DNA of 64,000 nt from Pseudomonadota bacterium. Its GTDB lineage: Bacteria; UBA10199; 2-02-FULL-44-16; DYJF01. This document shows, piece by piece, positions 45,763 through 56,610 of the stretch; the first letter of the stretch is position 1; every line of letters begins with the position of its first letter. Under the pieces are notes generated by a model. That model had not been told where the DNA came from. It made no database searches and saw only the letters and a program-made list of their open reading frames with translations. The position numbers were made by a program, and so were the translations under genes. Location: contig JBDRBB010000010.1 of NCBI GenBank assembly GCA_043823065.1, positions 219,725 through 283,724 on the forward strand, written 5' to 3'.

Positions 45763-48700
45763 ATGTTTCTTAAAACAAGTGTGTATGCCAAGTGTGTAGC
45801 TGTATTTGTAATTTTATTTACCCTGCTAAGTTTTTCCATAACCGTTTTAGCAGATGAACCGCCCACCCCGATTTACCCTCCTGGAGATTTACCCCCTGAT
45901 TTACCAGAAGAAACCACAGCAGAATTAGGCACAATTCCTGATACAATGGAAGTAACCAAAGACGGCGCAGCAGTTTACACCATGCCGATAGATGTGCCGC
46001 CAGGAAGGCAAGGTATTCAGCCAAATTTAGCCCTGCAGTATAATAGTCGGGCTGGAGATGGTTTGGTAGGTATTCGTTGGGCCTTAAGCGGAGCCACATC
46101 ATTTATCAGCCGCTGCGGCAGCAACTATGGGATGGATGAGGTATTGCGGCCAGTGAAGAATGATGTAAATGACAAGCTTTGTTTGGATGGACAAAGGCTG
46201 GTTTTGTATAGCGGAACTTATGGTTATCCAGGAGCAATATATCGTACTGACCAAGATTCTTTTGTAAAAGTGGTACAGGTAGGTGGAGATACTACCAATG
46301 GCGCTGAGTATTTTGAAGTGTGGACCAAAGATGGCCAAAAGATGATTTATGGTTGTAATGATATGGGTGATGATGCTTGTAAGTCAGCCCTAGTCAAAGC
46401 TAGAGATGGGGTAAGAAGGTCTTGGGCTTTGCGCGAAGTTAGAGATCGTCAGAACAACTATATGCTTTATGAATATGCTCAAACCTTAAATCAGAGCTCA
46501 GAAATTCCAGCGGAAGCTGACAAGGAAACCGTAGAAATAGTTCCCGTAAGAATAGATTATACCGGTAATTCTACTGCAGCCACAGATCCTGCGGCATATG
46601 TGGAATTTAGCTACGATATAGGCGATGCTAGGACCAAAGATCGGCATGGATTTTATGCTGGTATTAGGACAGGTATGTTTAAGCTGCTTACTGGTATTAC
46701 CACAGGTATAGATGGCAATGTGGTTAAACATTATGATCTGGATTATATTATTTCTAATTATCACCGTCCTAGATTAGACAGGATAACCGAGCTTGAACAC
46801 GATACATACGGCGCAGCAGCCAAACCGCCGACCTATTTTGATTGGCAAAATGATGATGATGGATTTGAATCAGCTGTTGATACTGGAATGACTGTATCAG
46901 ATATGGTAGCTGCTCATATAGATCCCTGGGATACTCCGCACTTGCCAATAACAGGAGATATTAACGGAGATGGTTTTCCTGATATTGTTTATCCTCTAGG
47001 AAGCCCGAGCAGGATTCATCTGGCTTTTGGCAATGGCGCTGGTTTTGATGCCGTGCAAAATACAGGCATTCCTTTTGTGGAATGGGGAGATACAACCCAA
47101 GTTTCTATACCGTTTGGTTTGCCCCTGGACTATAACCAGGATGGTTTGCTGGATATATTGCTATTTCATTATGGCAGTAATTATTTGGAATTCCTGATTT
47201 CTACAGGAACTGGCTTTACTCTTCAGAGCACTTCTATCCCGATAATTGAAGGACATCCCTTGCCCAGCGATTACCGTGACATTGTGAATAACACGCATGT
47301 TGTTGATTTAAATGGAGATGGTCGCAAAGATTTTCTTTTCTATTTTGAAGATGGCAGTTACCAAGAATGGCATTATCGGCTGCATAATGGCACGGGTTTT
47401 GGTACCAAACAGATCATCACTCAATTAACCGGCACACCTCCATCCTATAGCGCCAATCCAGACAATGCTTTATTGTTGGATTACAATGCTGATGGAGCAG
47501 TAGATCTTTTGGTTGGTGATTCTTGTTCGACATTTCCTTGTCCTAATAATTATTATGTGGTTCACTTTATTAACCCAAGCACTCCCTATCATTTTATAGC
47601 TTCCACCAATTTAAGAAATTTGCCTGATTTTGGCCCAGCTACTTCTCGCAGAGTGTTAGATGTTAATGGCGATGGTCTGGAGGATATTTTATATGTGGAA
47701 GATGAAGCAGGTTCTTGTCCAGAAGCAAGAAATTGTGTGCGGATGTGGATAAATACCGGTAAAGGAGATGACATTGATGGTTTTATTGGAGGCTTGGAAG
47801 GATTTGATGCTATAGAAAATGAAGGTGATCTGGGTATGTTTTATGACCAAACCATGAGATATGCCCAGAGTTTTGACCATGATGGCGATGGAATTTGGGA
47901 CTTATTGGTTCCTAAATTGTTTGAAGGTTCTCCACCAAGTGGAGGCCATCAATATGGAGAGTGGCAGATTTGCAGCGGTAATGGCACATATGTAGGAGAA
48001 TATAGCGGAGGATATTGGGGAGATAGTACCTTTGGTTTTAGTACTTGTGCAGACATAGATATTCCGTTTTATTCTTATGACTGGACTATTCAAAATCCAA
48101 TTAGTATGGATATAAATGGCGATTTGGTCCCAGATTTATTAACCGCTAATTATGAAGATAATACGCTTAATACATATTGGTATCACACTCATTACACAGA
48201 TAGCCTGGATTTAATAACTATAATTAGAAACGGTAATATTGGAATTTCACCTGGCCATGCTGATTGGGATAACACTTTTACCTATAAGATTGAATACAAA
48301 CCAACTACAGATAGTACAGTTTATTCCCCAGATTTTGACAGTTCCTTGCTTACTCCAGAAACTGGTCGCACAAGTTGTGGGGCTAGCCAAATTTGCAATA
48401 TAAATCCCCAGATGATGGTAGTATCGGCATTGTATGTTGATACAGGGGTGCAGGAAAGCGGGGCAACTGTTGCGGTTAAAACTAACTATAAATATCATGA
48501 TTCCAGATATGATAGAATCTGGGGCTGGCTTGGTTTTGGCCAAAGGGTAATGACTCAAACTGATACCTTAACCACCATCTCTGCTTCTTTTGATAATATA
48601 ACTTATAATAGTCTCTTAAAACGCTATCCATATTTGGGTATGGTGAATCAGAGTTGCACCTTGGTAGAGCTGGCCACTGGCCGGAAAACCATGAATTGTG

Positions 48701-51700
48701 CCAGCAACAGCTATGATTATAGAACGCCTTGGAGTGGTTTAACCTGGTTTCCCTATTTGGGGCAATCAGATGCTTATGTTAAAGAATGGGTGCCTGGCAC
48801 AGGATTAGTATTGCTCTCACAGTCAACAACCACCAATGTTTATGATAATTACGGGAATATCACCAACTCTGAAGTGGATCATTTAGATGGAAATATGGAA
48901 ACAGTAGAAATTGAATACATTAATGATGTTACTAATTGGCGGCTGGGTTTGGTTGATTATAAAACAGTTGGCAGCGATACGCCAACCACTGCTTTGGTAG
49001 AACAGCACACTGATATTATTTATCTGCCAAGTTCATTCTTGGTTGATAAAGTAATTAAAGAACCAGGTGATGCCAATTTGGAATTAACCACAGAATTTGA
49101 ATATGATGATTTTGGAAATGTTATTCAGACCAGAAGCTATAATTTGGGAGGTTCGGCAAACAGCAGATATACAGTGACTCAATATTACAGCGATGGTTTG
49201 TATCCGAAATTTAAGATTAATGCTTTGGGACATGTTTTGGAAACAAGCTTTAATCGTGAATTTGGCTTGGTTGCTTCAAGCAGAGATTCCAATGGGGTGG
49301 TAACGCAAAATGCCTATGACGGTTTTGGCAGAATGAAGAAAACATTGCATCCGAATTCAACCATAAGTTCTCTCAATTATACAACCAGCACAGATCCTTA
49401 TGGCCATTTGAGAAGAGTTGTGGAAATGACAGCCACTAATTCACCTAAAGTGAGCACAGAGTATTTAAGAACCGGCAAAGAAACAAAAATTGAAAAGGAA
49501 AATTTTGATGGCAGCCAGATTACCACTACTTATAGTTATGATCCTTTAGGTAGATTGTATGCCACACACGTGTATGACGGCGGAACAGGAATTTTTCGCT
49601 GGCATCTTTATGACAACTTAGGTCGTATTATTCAGATAGAAAGTTCTGGTGGAATTGGTCCTTTAATTACCGAATATGAAGGATTATTGGTTAAAAAATA
49701 TGATGGTAAAGGTAATAAGACTGAGTACCACTATAATAATTTAGGCCAGGTGGTTACAGTGAAAGATCCATATAATAACGCCACATTATATGATTATGGG
49801 GCATTTGGCACAAACGTGAAAATCACCGATGCCAAGAGCAATCAAACTGAGATGATCTATGATAAATATGGCCGACCAATTCAAATCAATGATCCTGATA
49901 CTGGCACAACCTTTAAGCAGTATAATGGTTATGGCGAGTTATGGCGGGTAATTGATGAAGCAGGTCGAATTGTGGACACCACCTATGATAAGCTGGGCAG
50001 GCCTTTAACTGAACGTTATACAGCTACTGGTGAAGGTCAAGATTATATTTATGATACCGCAGCGCATGACACTTTTTATGGCGCCATGGTAAAGATGACC
50101 ACCACTGGCAGTGAAGAAGAGACCATGTATTATGATAACCTTGGTCGCTTAACACAAAAGAATACTAAGATAAACGGCGTAACTTATACCACTACAAGGC
50201 AATATAGCGCTACCACGGGCAAGCTTTGGAAGTATTATTATCCAGCAGCTTTTAGCCAGTCTTTTGGTGTGGAGTATAAATATAATACCAGAGGTTATTT
50301 GGAAGCAGTAAAAAATGCTAGCACAGGATATACTTACTGGACCATGCTTGAAATGAATGAGGCTGGCCAGTTGGCTGAATACAGTCTGGGCAATGGTTTA
50401 ACAGGCAGCTTGACCTATGAACCTTCCACAGGCAGAAATCACGAAATCAAAATACTTGATGGTACTACCAAAAAACAATGGCTGGAATTTTTATATGACC
50501 AAAATAATAATATAATCAGAAGAGATGATCATGTGCGCAATGTAAGCGAAGATTTGGCATATGATAATTTAAACAGGTTGGTTGAAAGCGAGGTGAATGG
50601 TGGTGGTTTGACCCTGGATCCAGAAACAGGCAAACCTCTTACGCCCATTGATTATCATCAGACCTATACCTATGATGAAATAGGCAATATCACCTATAAG
50701 TCTAATGTTGGCACATATAAATATACATCAGCTAAACCACATGCTGTGATAGAAGCTGGCGCTATGGAATTATCTTACGATGCTGTGGGTAATGTTTATC
50801 ACACCAGTTCGCCTACCAAAGATATAGAATATACCTATTTTAATAAACCCAAGGAGATTAGTATTTCAGGCAAAAATACCGCATTTGAATATAATGCCTT
50901 AAAACAAAGGGTAAGACAGGTGGATGCCAGTAATGTGCAAACCATCTATGTGGATGGCGGTACTGAGATAATCAGAGATAAATATAACAATCCAGTTCAA
51001 TATAGATATTATGTTTCTGCTGCAGGTTTGCCAGTGGCTAGGGTTAAAAAATGGAAACCAAGCTCCATAGTTCTTACTGAGAACTTGTATTTACATCCAG
51101 ATAATCTGGGTTCTATTAACATGATCACAGATATATCTAAGAATGTCAGCAAAAGGATGTTCTTTAACGGTTTTGGTGAAACCCGCCAATATAACTGGGG
51201 TGGGGCCTATGGGGTGGTGGAAGATGGTTATGGTATTAATTATGGTTTTACCGGCCATGAGCATGATGAAGATACATATGGTCTAAAGCTTATTAATATG
51301 AAGGGAAGGGAATATGATCCAAAGATTGGCAGGTTTATGCAGGCAGATCCCATTGTGCAGGCACCTTTCTTTGGCCAAAGCTTGAACAGATATAGCTATG
51401 TCTGGAACAATCCGATAAATCTGACCGATCCCAGCGGATATGAGGTGGGTGGGTGCGGTAGCGACCCATATTGTTCAGAAGTACATGCTAAACCACTTAT
51501 AGAAACACCTTGGCCAGAACCTAATTTTCGCTATGAGCGCACACCTGACCAACCAGGTGTGTATGGTGGTTTAGCAATGGATCCCAGGAGATTGTTAAAT
51601 GGTGATCCTTTACTTAGATCATGGGCCAGAGAGATAGGCAGTGTTATAAGCGGCATAGATCGCTGGTTAAGTGCGCCTTCAGGCCTGCACCGCAAATGGA

Positions 51701-52425
51701 ATTTTTATCATGCTTATTATAGAGTAATTAACGATTATGAAACATCTGGTTGGTTTAACAGGGCTTGGGCTAATGTTGAAGCCCAGGCAATAATTGCTGG
51801 TTACATAAATCGAGATGGTTTACCACTCAGTCCAGCTACTATAACAACTGTTGGAGCAGGCGAGGCATTGCGACGTACAGTTATGGAAGCTACTGCCGCA
51901 GGCAGGGAGGTTGTTTATAATGTTGGTCCACACTGGGGAATAGTAAATCTTAGGACTTTTAATCAGTTTAATAATGGCAGATATTTAATTGCACATGTTG
52001 AAACTGATGGTCGAGCATTGAGGCCTCTAGGGGAACAGATTGAAGCTACATTTGCTGGTAATGCTGGCAATCATCTGATTGTAAATGCTACAGCAGGGCA
52101 AACTGCCAGAATTGTTCCTGGTTCAGGAAGAGTGATTGCTGTTTTAAATCCAGATAATCCAAGTATGATTAGTGAAGCAACAGGTTTGGTTGCTAGGGAT
52201 GGTTCAATGTTTGTGTCGATGGAACAACTTCTGCATGCTAGATTTGGCGGTGGAGCTGGAGTGAGCGCACTAATGACTCATGGAGGTATAAGTCGTGTAA
52301 CTGTAATTAGAGACTATGATATAGCTAATGCACTTCTTCCTCATCTAAATACAGGAGGCATACTTGGACAGCATAGTTCAGAACAAATGTGGGATTTTAC
52401 CGCACTTGTCTGGGGTATAAGATAG
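45763..52425 (+). CDS. Secreted Rhs/YD-repeat protein (SpvB-like, FG-GAP, YD shell, Rhs core, variable tip)
   Basis: Signal peptide; PPGRQGIQPNLALQYNS; GDINGDG repeats; YD repeats; FTGHE, REYDPKIGRF and NNPINLTDPSG. Confidence 0.92.
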   Translation: MFLKTSVYAKCVAVFVILFTLLSFSITVLADEPPTPIYPPGDLPPDLPEETTAELGTIPDTMEVTKDGAAVYTMPIDVPPGRQGIQPNLALQYNSRAGDGLVGIRWALSGATSFISRCGSNYGMDEVLRPVKNDVNDKLCLDGQRLVLYSGTYGYPGAIYRTDQDSFVKVVQVGGDTTNGAEYFEVWTKDGQKMIYGCNDMGDDACKSALVKARDGVRRSWALREVRDRQNNYMLYEYAQTLNQSSEIPAEADKETVEIVPVRIDYTGNSTAATDPAAYVEFSYDIGDARTKDRHGFYAGIRTGMFKLLTGITTGIDGNVVKHYDLDYIISNYHRPRLDRITELEHDTYGAAAKPPTYFDWQNDDDGFESAVDTGMTVSDMVAAHIDPWDTPHLPITGDINGDGFPDIVYPLGSPSRIHLAFGNGAGFDAVQNTGIPFVEWGDTTQVSIPFGLPLDYNQDGLLDILLFHYGSNYLEFLISTGTGFTLQSTSIPIIEGHPLPSDYRDIVNNTHVVDLNGDGRKDFLFYFEDGSYQEWHYRLHNGTGFGTKQIITQLTGTPPSYSANPDNALLLDYNADGAVDLLVGDSCSTFPCPNNYYVVHFINPSTPYHFIASTNLRNLPDFGPATSRRVLDVNGDGLEDILYVEDEAGSCPEARNCVRMWINTGKGDDIDGFIGGLEGFDAIENEGDLGMFYDQTMRYAQSFDHDGDGIWDLLVPKLFEGSPPSGGHQYGEWQICSGNGTYVGEYSGGYWGDSTFGFSTCADIDIPFYSYDWTIQNPISMDINGDLVPDLLTANYEDNTLNTYWYHTHYTDSLDLITIIRNGNIGISPGHADWDNTFTYKIEYKPTTDSTVYSPDFDSSLLTPETGRTSCGASQICNINPQMMVVSALYVDTGVQESGATVAVKTNYKYHDSRYDRIWGWLGFGQRVMTQTDTLTTISASFDNITYNSLLKRYPYLGMVNQSCTLVELATGRKTMNCASNSYDYRTPWSGLTWFPYLGQSDAYVKEWVPGTGLVLLSQSTTTNVYDNYGNITNSEVDHLDGNMETVEIEYINDVTNWRLGLVDYKTVGSDTPTTALVEQHTDIIYLPSSFLVDKVIKEPGDANLELTTEFEYDDFGNVIQTRSYNLGGSANSRYTVTQYYSDGLYPKFKINALGHVLETSFNREFGLVASSRDSNGVVTQNAYDGFGRMKKTLHPNSTISSLNYTTSTDPYGHLRRVVEMTATNSPKVSTEYLRTGKETKIEKENFDGSQITTTYSYDPLGRLYATHVYDGGTGIFRWHLYDNLGRIIQIESSGGIGPLITEYEGLLVKKYDGKGNKTEYHYNNLGQVVTVKDPYNNATLYDYGAFGTNVKITDAKSNQTEMIYDKYGRPIQINDPDTGTTFKQYNGYGELWRVIDEAGRIVDTTYDKLGRPLTERYTATGEGQDYIYDTAAHDTFYGAMVKMTTTGSEEETMYYDNLGRLTQKNTKINGVTYTTTRQYSATTGKLWKYYYPAAFSQSFGVEYKYNTRGYLEAVKNASTGYTYWTMLEMNEAGQLAEYSLGNGLTGSLTYEPSTGRNHEIKILDGTTKKQWLEFLYDQNNNIIRRDDHVRNVSEDLAYDNLNRLVESEVNGGGLTLDPETGKPLTPIDYHQTYTYDEIGNITYKSNVGTYKYTSAKPHAVIEAGAMELSYDAVGNVYHTSSPTKDIEYTYFNKPKEISISGKNTAFEYNALKQRVRQVDASNVQTIYVDGGTEIIRDKYNNPVQYRYYVSAAGLPVARVKKWKPSSIVLTENLYLHPDNLGSINMITDISKNVSKRMFFNGFGETRQYNWGGAYGVVEDGYGINYGFTGHEHDEDTYGLKLINMKGREYDPKIGRFMQADPIVQAPFFGQSLNRYSYVWNNPINLTDPSGYEVGGCGSDPYCSEVHAKPLIETPWPEPNFRYERTPDQPGVYGGLAMDPRRLLNGDPLLRSWAREIGSVISGIDRWLSAPSGLHRKWNFYHAYYRVINDYETSGWFNRAWANVEAQAIIAGYINRDGLPLSPATITTVGAGEALRRTVMEATAAGREVVYNVGPHWGIVNLRTFNQFNNGRYLIAHVETDGRALRPLGEQIEATFAGNAGNHLIVNATAGQTARIVPGSGRVIAVLNPDNPSMISEATGLVARDGSMFVSMEQLLHARFGGGAGVSALMTHGGISRVTVIRDYDIANALLPHLNTGGILGQHSSEQMWDFTALVWGIR

Positions 52426-52444
52426 TCTTAGCTTAATTTTGGCT

Positions 52445-52478
52445 CAAACAGGCGGAATATTTTATTCCGCCTGTTTTG
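52445..52478 (+). terminator. Intrinsic terminator
   Basis: AAACAGGCGGAATA / TATTCCGCCTGTTTT. Confidence 0.75.
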
Positions 52479-52503
52479 CAAAAGAGAAATGAGATTTTAA
52501 TGT

Positions 52504-53844
52504 ATGTGGCGCGCTAATATGTTTTTAAATCTGGTTGCCCTGGTTGTAAGTGGCTGCAGTTCTTCTCGTCCGATAGATGATGGGTTAGAGGCTGAGCAAT
52601 GTTTAAATGCTCAAGACTTAGAGTCACCACAAGCTACAGAGCTTGTTTCAACCTATGTAAGTGCAGACAATAGATATCGGGTTTTAATTTCCAATAGTAT
52701 TGAACAACAGCTAAGAGATCCATTTGGTGAATTTTTGCTGGAAGTTGTACGCAACCAAGCCAGTAGTATTGGCAATATTTTATGGCAAGATGTTGGAGAT
52801 ATTAGGGAACCCTTAAGAAACCAGGTTCATGCTTCACCCTGGACGCCTGCGGCTGATAATCCTTTAACTTTTCAAGTATTAATCCAACAATTAGCTGAGT
52901 TTAGAAATCAGCCTATGCTGGCCACACATATTTTAACAGCTCAAGATAGAATTGATATCCAAGAATTTGTAGCTGATTATGATTGGATGGAAATGGATCT
53001 TTGGGATAGACGCTGGCATATCACCCAAGAAATTTATTTGGCTCTAAATCATCAAGTTGGATCACCAGAAATAGCTGGACCTCGTTATATTTCCGCAGGA
53101 CTGGCTGAATATGTGCGCATTCAAGCTCAACGGGAATCATTTGAAGGTGAGCTAAATCCACAAGCCAGTGAAATTCTTTATGGTCCAAATATTTTGGAGA
53201 TAGTGGAAAGGGAAGGAGAAATTATTGATTTGCCAGAACGAGAAAGAGGCATAGTTGATACTGTGTGGTTGATTTACAAAGATTTGGGAATGGCTACTTT
53301 TGGTTATGAACAAAATTATCCTTATGCGTGTGATGAAGCAGGAAACAGAACTTGTGAAATTAATATTGATATTGGTTGGTCAGCTAGGGTTCAAGATATT
53401 ATAATTAGCACATCTGGCATGCAAAGTGGCTATGGTGTTGAAACTATTATCTACCAAGCAGTTGGGGATCATTATTTAGGGATACTTTGTGCTGAAGAAG
53501 GTTTTCAAAGGCTGGATCATTACCGAATTCCCAGAGGCAACCAATTTGGTGAAATTGATGTCTTGGGGCCTATGGAAGAGTTTGGTCCTGAAAATGTTGC
53601 TGCCACTGGGGTTTGTTTTTTGGAAGCCCTAAGTCGGGAAACAGGTGTGCTGCCCAGAGGTATTTCCAATAGCCTGCTTCAATTTGCCAAAGCTAATCAA
53701 TGTCCAGCTGTTTCAGTTGATTTAGTGCAGCTTTTAGCTGCAGATATCAGGCGTGATGAAACTGTAATCAGGCAAGTCTTTGAACAGTTTAATGTTGAAA
53801 CTGGAACCGATACCTACTTATTAGGTGGCGTATTTTTTAATTAA
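52504..53844 (+). CDS. Hypothetical lipoprotein
   Basis: Lipobox-like VSGC; 446-aa acidic ORF. Confidence 0.65.
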   Translation: MWRANMFLNLVALVVSGCSSSRPIDDGLEAEQCLNAQDLESPQATELVSTYVSADNRYRVLISNSIEQQLRDPFGEFLLEVVRNQASSIGNILWQDVGDIREPLRNQVHASPWTPAADNPLTFQVLIQQLAEFRNQPMLATHILTAQDRIDIQEFVADYDWMEMDLWDRRWHITQEIYLALNHQVGSPEIAGPRYISAGLAEYVRIQAQRESFEGELNPQASEILYGPNILEIVEREGEIIDLPERERGIVDTVWLIYKDLGMATFGYEQNYPYACDEAGNRTCEINIDIGWSARVQDIIISTSGMQSGYGVETIIYQAVGDHYLGILCAEEGFQRLDHYRIPRGNQFGEIDVLGPMEEFGPENVAATGVCFLEALSRETGVLPRGISNSLLQFAKANQCPAVSVDLVQLLAADIRRDETVIRQVFEQFNVETGTDTYLLGGVFFN

Positions 53845-55229
53845 GCGCCAAAACCAATTAACGTTGCTACAGTTAGCAAAGCACAACCCACTACAATTAA
53901 GATTAGTTGCAAAGGTAGCATCCATCTGGCCCATTTACTCCAAGGGATCTTGGCCATATACAAGCAACCAAGCAGTACACCAGAAGTTGGGATGATCATG
54001 TTGCTAAAGCCATCGCCAAATTGATAGGCCAAGACTACAACTTGTCTGGTTACGCCGATTAAATCACCAAGAGGAGCCATAATTGGAATAGTCAAAGCTG
54101 CTTGCCCGGAACCAGATGGGATAAAGAAGTTAATAGTAGTTTCCACCATAAACATAATCCAGGAGGAAATAAAGGTTGGTACATCAGCAACCAAATTAGA
54201 CAGACTGTGCAAAAGAGTATCAATGATGCGGCCGCTTTGAGCAACAACTAGAATTCCTCTGGCTAAACCCACCACCAATGCTGCACCTACTAGATCAGCA
54301 GCACCTTTGGTGAAAAACTTGGCAATATTGTTTGGACCAATTTTACCTAAAATACCGCAAACAATTCCCAGACCAATAAACAAGGCGCAAATTTCTTTAA
54401 TATACCAACCCCACTTCATTACCCCGAAAACCAAAAGAACCATGCCTAAGCCAAAAGTGATAATGACAAGTTTAGCAGAAGTCTTAAAATGCACATTTTC
54501 TAAGTGATTGGTTGGTAGATGTTTTCTTGTTTTAAGATCTAACTCATAAACAGGGGAGCGCTCTGGATTTTTCTTAACTGCCCTGGCGTAAATCATGACA
54601 AAGGCAATACCTACAATAGTAATCACTGCCCAGCACAGAGTTCTATAACCAACCCCAGAAAAAGGAGGTAGCTCGGCAATGCCTTGAGCAATGCCTACGG
54701 TAAAGGGATTGAGCATAGCTCCGGCAAATCCTAGAGCAGCTCCTACAAAGGGCATAGCCATGCCCACAATTGAATCATAACCTAGGGCTAAGGCAAAAGG
54801 CACAAAGATGGCCACAAAAGGAATTGTTTCCTCACTCATGCCAAACACAGCTCCACCCATGGAAAAGAGGAGCATGATAATTGGGATCACAATGATTTCT
54901 TTACCTGACAACAACTTGGCAACTTTTGAAATTGCTGCATTGATCGCTCCAGTCATGTAGATAATATTAAAAGCACCACCAATGATTAAGATGAAAGCAA
55001 TAATCTCTGCTGCTTTTTCCATTCCAGTAACAGGTGCTTCTAAAACAGCAAAAACTCCTTGCGGATTGCGCTCTACTTCATGAAAAGAATCAGCAGCAAC
55101 CACTGTTCTGCCTTGGGCGTTTTGCACGCGGTTATATTCACCTGCTGGCACAAACCAGGTGGCAATAGCCACCAAAATGATGATGGAAAAGATAATCACA
55201 AAAGTGTGGGGGACTTTAATATTTTCCAT
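53841..55229 (-). CDS. YfcC family transporter
   Basis: PHTFVI, VPAGEY, NPFTVGIAQ, PSGSGQA and GDGFSN motifs. Confidence 0.9.
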   Translation of the reverse strand: MENIKVPHTFVIIFSIIILVAIATWFVPAGEYNRVQNAQGRTVVAADSFHEVERNPQGVFAVLEAPVTGMEKAAEIIAFILIIGGAFNIIYMTGAINAAISKVAKLLSGKEIIVIPIIMLLFSMGGAVFGMSEETIPFVAIFVPFALALGYDSIVGMAMPFVGAALGFAGAMLNPFTVGIAQGIAELPPFSGVGYRTLCWAVITIVGIAFVMIYARAVKKNPERSPVYELDLKTRKHLPTNHLENVHFKTSAKLVIITFGLGMVLLVFGVMKWGWYIKEICALFIGLGIVCGILGKIGPNNIAKFFTKGAADLVGAALVVGLARGILVVAQSGRIIDTLLHSLSNLVADVPTFISSWIMFMVETTINFFIPSGSGQAALTIPIMAPLGDLIGVTRQVVVLAYQFGDGFSNMIIPTSGVLLGCLYMAKIPWSKWARWMLPLQLILIVVGCALLTVATLIGFGA

Positions 55230-55244
55230 ATAAGCTCCTTATAA

Positions 55245-55278
55245 AAAAACTCCGGTTAAATTCTTAACCGGAGTTTTT
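55245..55278. terminator. Intrinsic terminator
   Basis: AAAAACTCCGGTTAA / TTAACCGGAGTTTTT perfect stem. Confidence 0.8.
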
Positions 55279-55305
55279 ATAGGTATCTGACTAGATGTCA
55301 AACTG

Positions 55306-56592
55306 TTATTGTTGTGGCTGCTCAAAAATTTCCCAGCAATTTATCCACTGATGATCAGAAACATATTGGGAGCAGGCAGCGTTCATGGTTTGGCCATCCA
55401 TTTGGGGTAGATCGGCAATTCCTTGGCCAACATCATCTGTGCAATCCCAGGTTTCATCAGCATCAAAAGCAATATTGATTTGGGTGGTAACTATGTCTGG
55501 CATGGTTCCAGCTTGGGCTGTAGCATGATAAGGACTGTCTGTTGCTGGTTCTACTGGAGCAGCAGTATCACCTAGCCAAGCAGCCACATCTTCAGCTTCT
55601 TCCCAAGTGCCCTGATTGCCATCTTGTTGCCAGGTTCCATTTGCCGCGTGGTTTACAGCTCCATCACCCATGGCCAGTTGGTTTAAATTAGTGGAAGTGT
55701 CTCCCAGCATTTCACCAGCGCCATAAGCTTGTTCGCCGTTTGTGCCAGTATAACCACTTTCTGCATCTGCCCAATTGCCATAACGATAGCCACTAAATGT
55801 AAAATTAGCTGGAGTTTGAGTTAAGGTTCCTTCTTGCCAATTGGTATTACCACTCCAATTGCCTACATCTCGCATAGCTATAGTTTTGTTGGTAAAAACA
55901 CTGCTGCTATTTAAGGTGCCAGTAACATCTACCTGATGCCAACCTGTTCCAGATTGATCTTCATGCATACCTTTGGCGCCCATGGTAAAAGTGCCGCCGC
56001 TAATAGTTTGTCTGGTATATTCTCTTTGTTCTAATGTGCCTTGATTATCCCAGCACATAAACATTTCAAAATCAGTGATCGAGCCAGCAGTATTTTTGGT
56101 AATTTTTAACTTCACTCTGCTCGGTGCTGATTCTTCTGCGCTAAGACCAGTTATATCAAGGTTTGCTACATGATAATTGCCATCATAAACATTAACTGCC
56201 TGACCTTGTTCATTAACCAAGTTGTCAAAAGCTCCTTGGCTGTCCATGTACTGAATAAAACAAAGGATCATATCTGCTTGAGCAGCTTGAGAAACTCCGC
56301 CTTTAACCAGATTAAACATTTCGCAAGCAGCCCGGCTCTTTCCTTCAGGTGGTTGAAAAAATGTGGCATCTGTGGTTTGAATAGCCATACCAGTAGTGGC
56401 TGCTTTAGTTAGGCCCTCTTGCTTGGCAACTACTTGTGCTGCAGCAGCGCTGGCCATTGGACTGGTGGCTTTAGGAAGCGCGCTGATGTCGGTTAAGTTG
56501 GGCCCGCTACTTCCTCCGCTACCAGAACCTCCACAGGCTGAAAACAAACCAAGCGAGGCTACTAACATACTTACTAACACTTTTTGTTTCAT
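55306..56592 (-). CDS. Hypothetical lipoprotein
   Basis: Lipobox FSAC then GGSGSGG linker; AGGGGG RBS. Confidence 0.75.
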   Translation of the reverse strand: MKQKVLVSMLVASLGLFSACGGSGSGGSSGPNLTDISALPKATSPMASAAAAQVVAKQEGLTKAATTGMAIQTTDATFFQPPEGKSRAACEMFNLVKGGVSQAAQADMILCFIQYMDSQGAFDNLVNEQGQAVNVYDGNYHVANLDITGLSAEESAPSRVKLKITKNTAGSITDFEMFMCWDNQGTLEQREYTRQTISGGTFTMGAKGMHEDQSGTGWHQVDVTGTLNSSSVFTNKTIAMRDVGNWSGNTNWQEGTLTQTPANFTFSGYRYGNWADAESGYTGTNGEQAYGAGEMLGDTSTNLNQLAMGDGAVNHAANGTWQQDGNQGTWEEAEDVAAWLGDTAAPVEPATDSPYHATAQAGTMPDIVTTQINIAFDADETWDCTDDVGQGIADLPQMDGQTMNAACSQYVSDHQWINCWEIFEQPQQ

Positions 56593-56610
56593 ACATCCCC
56601 CTTTCATTGT

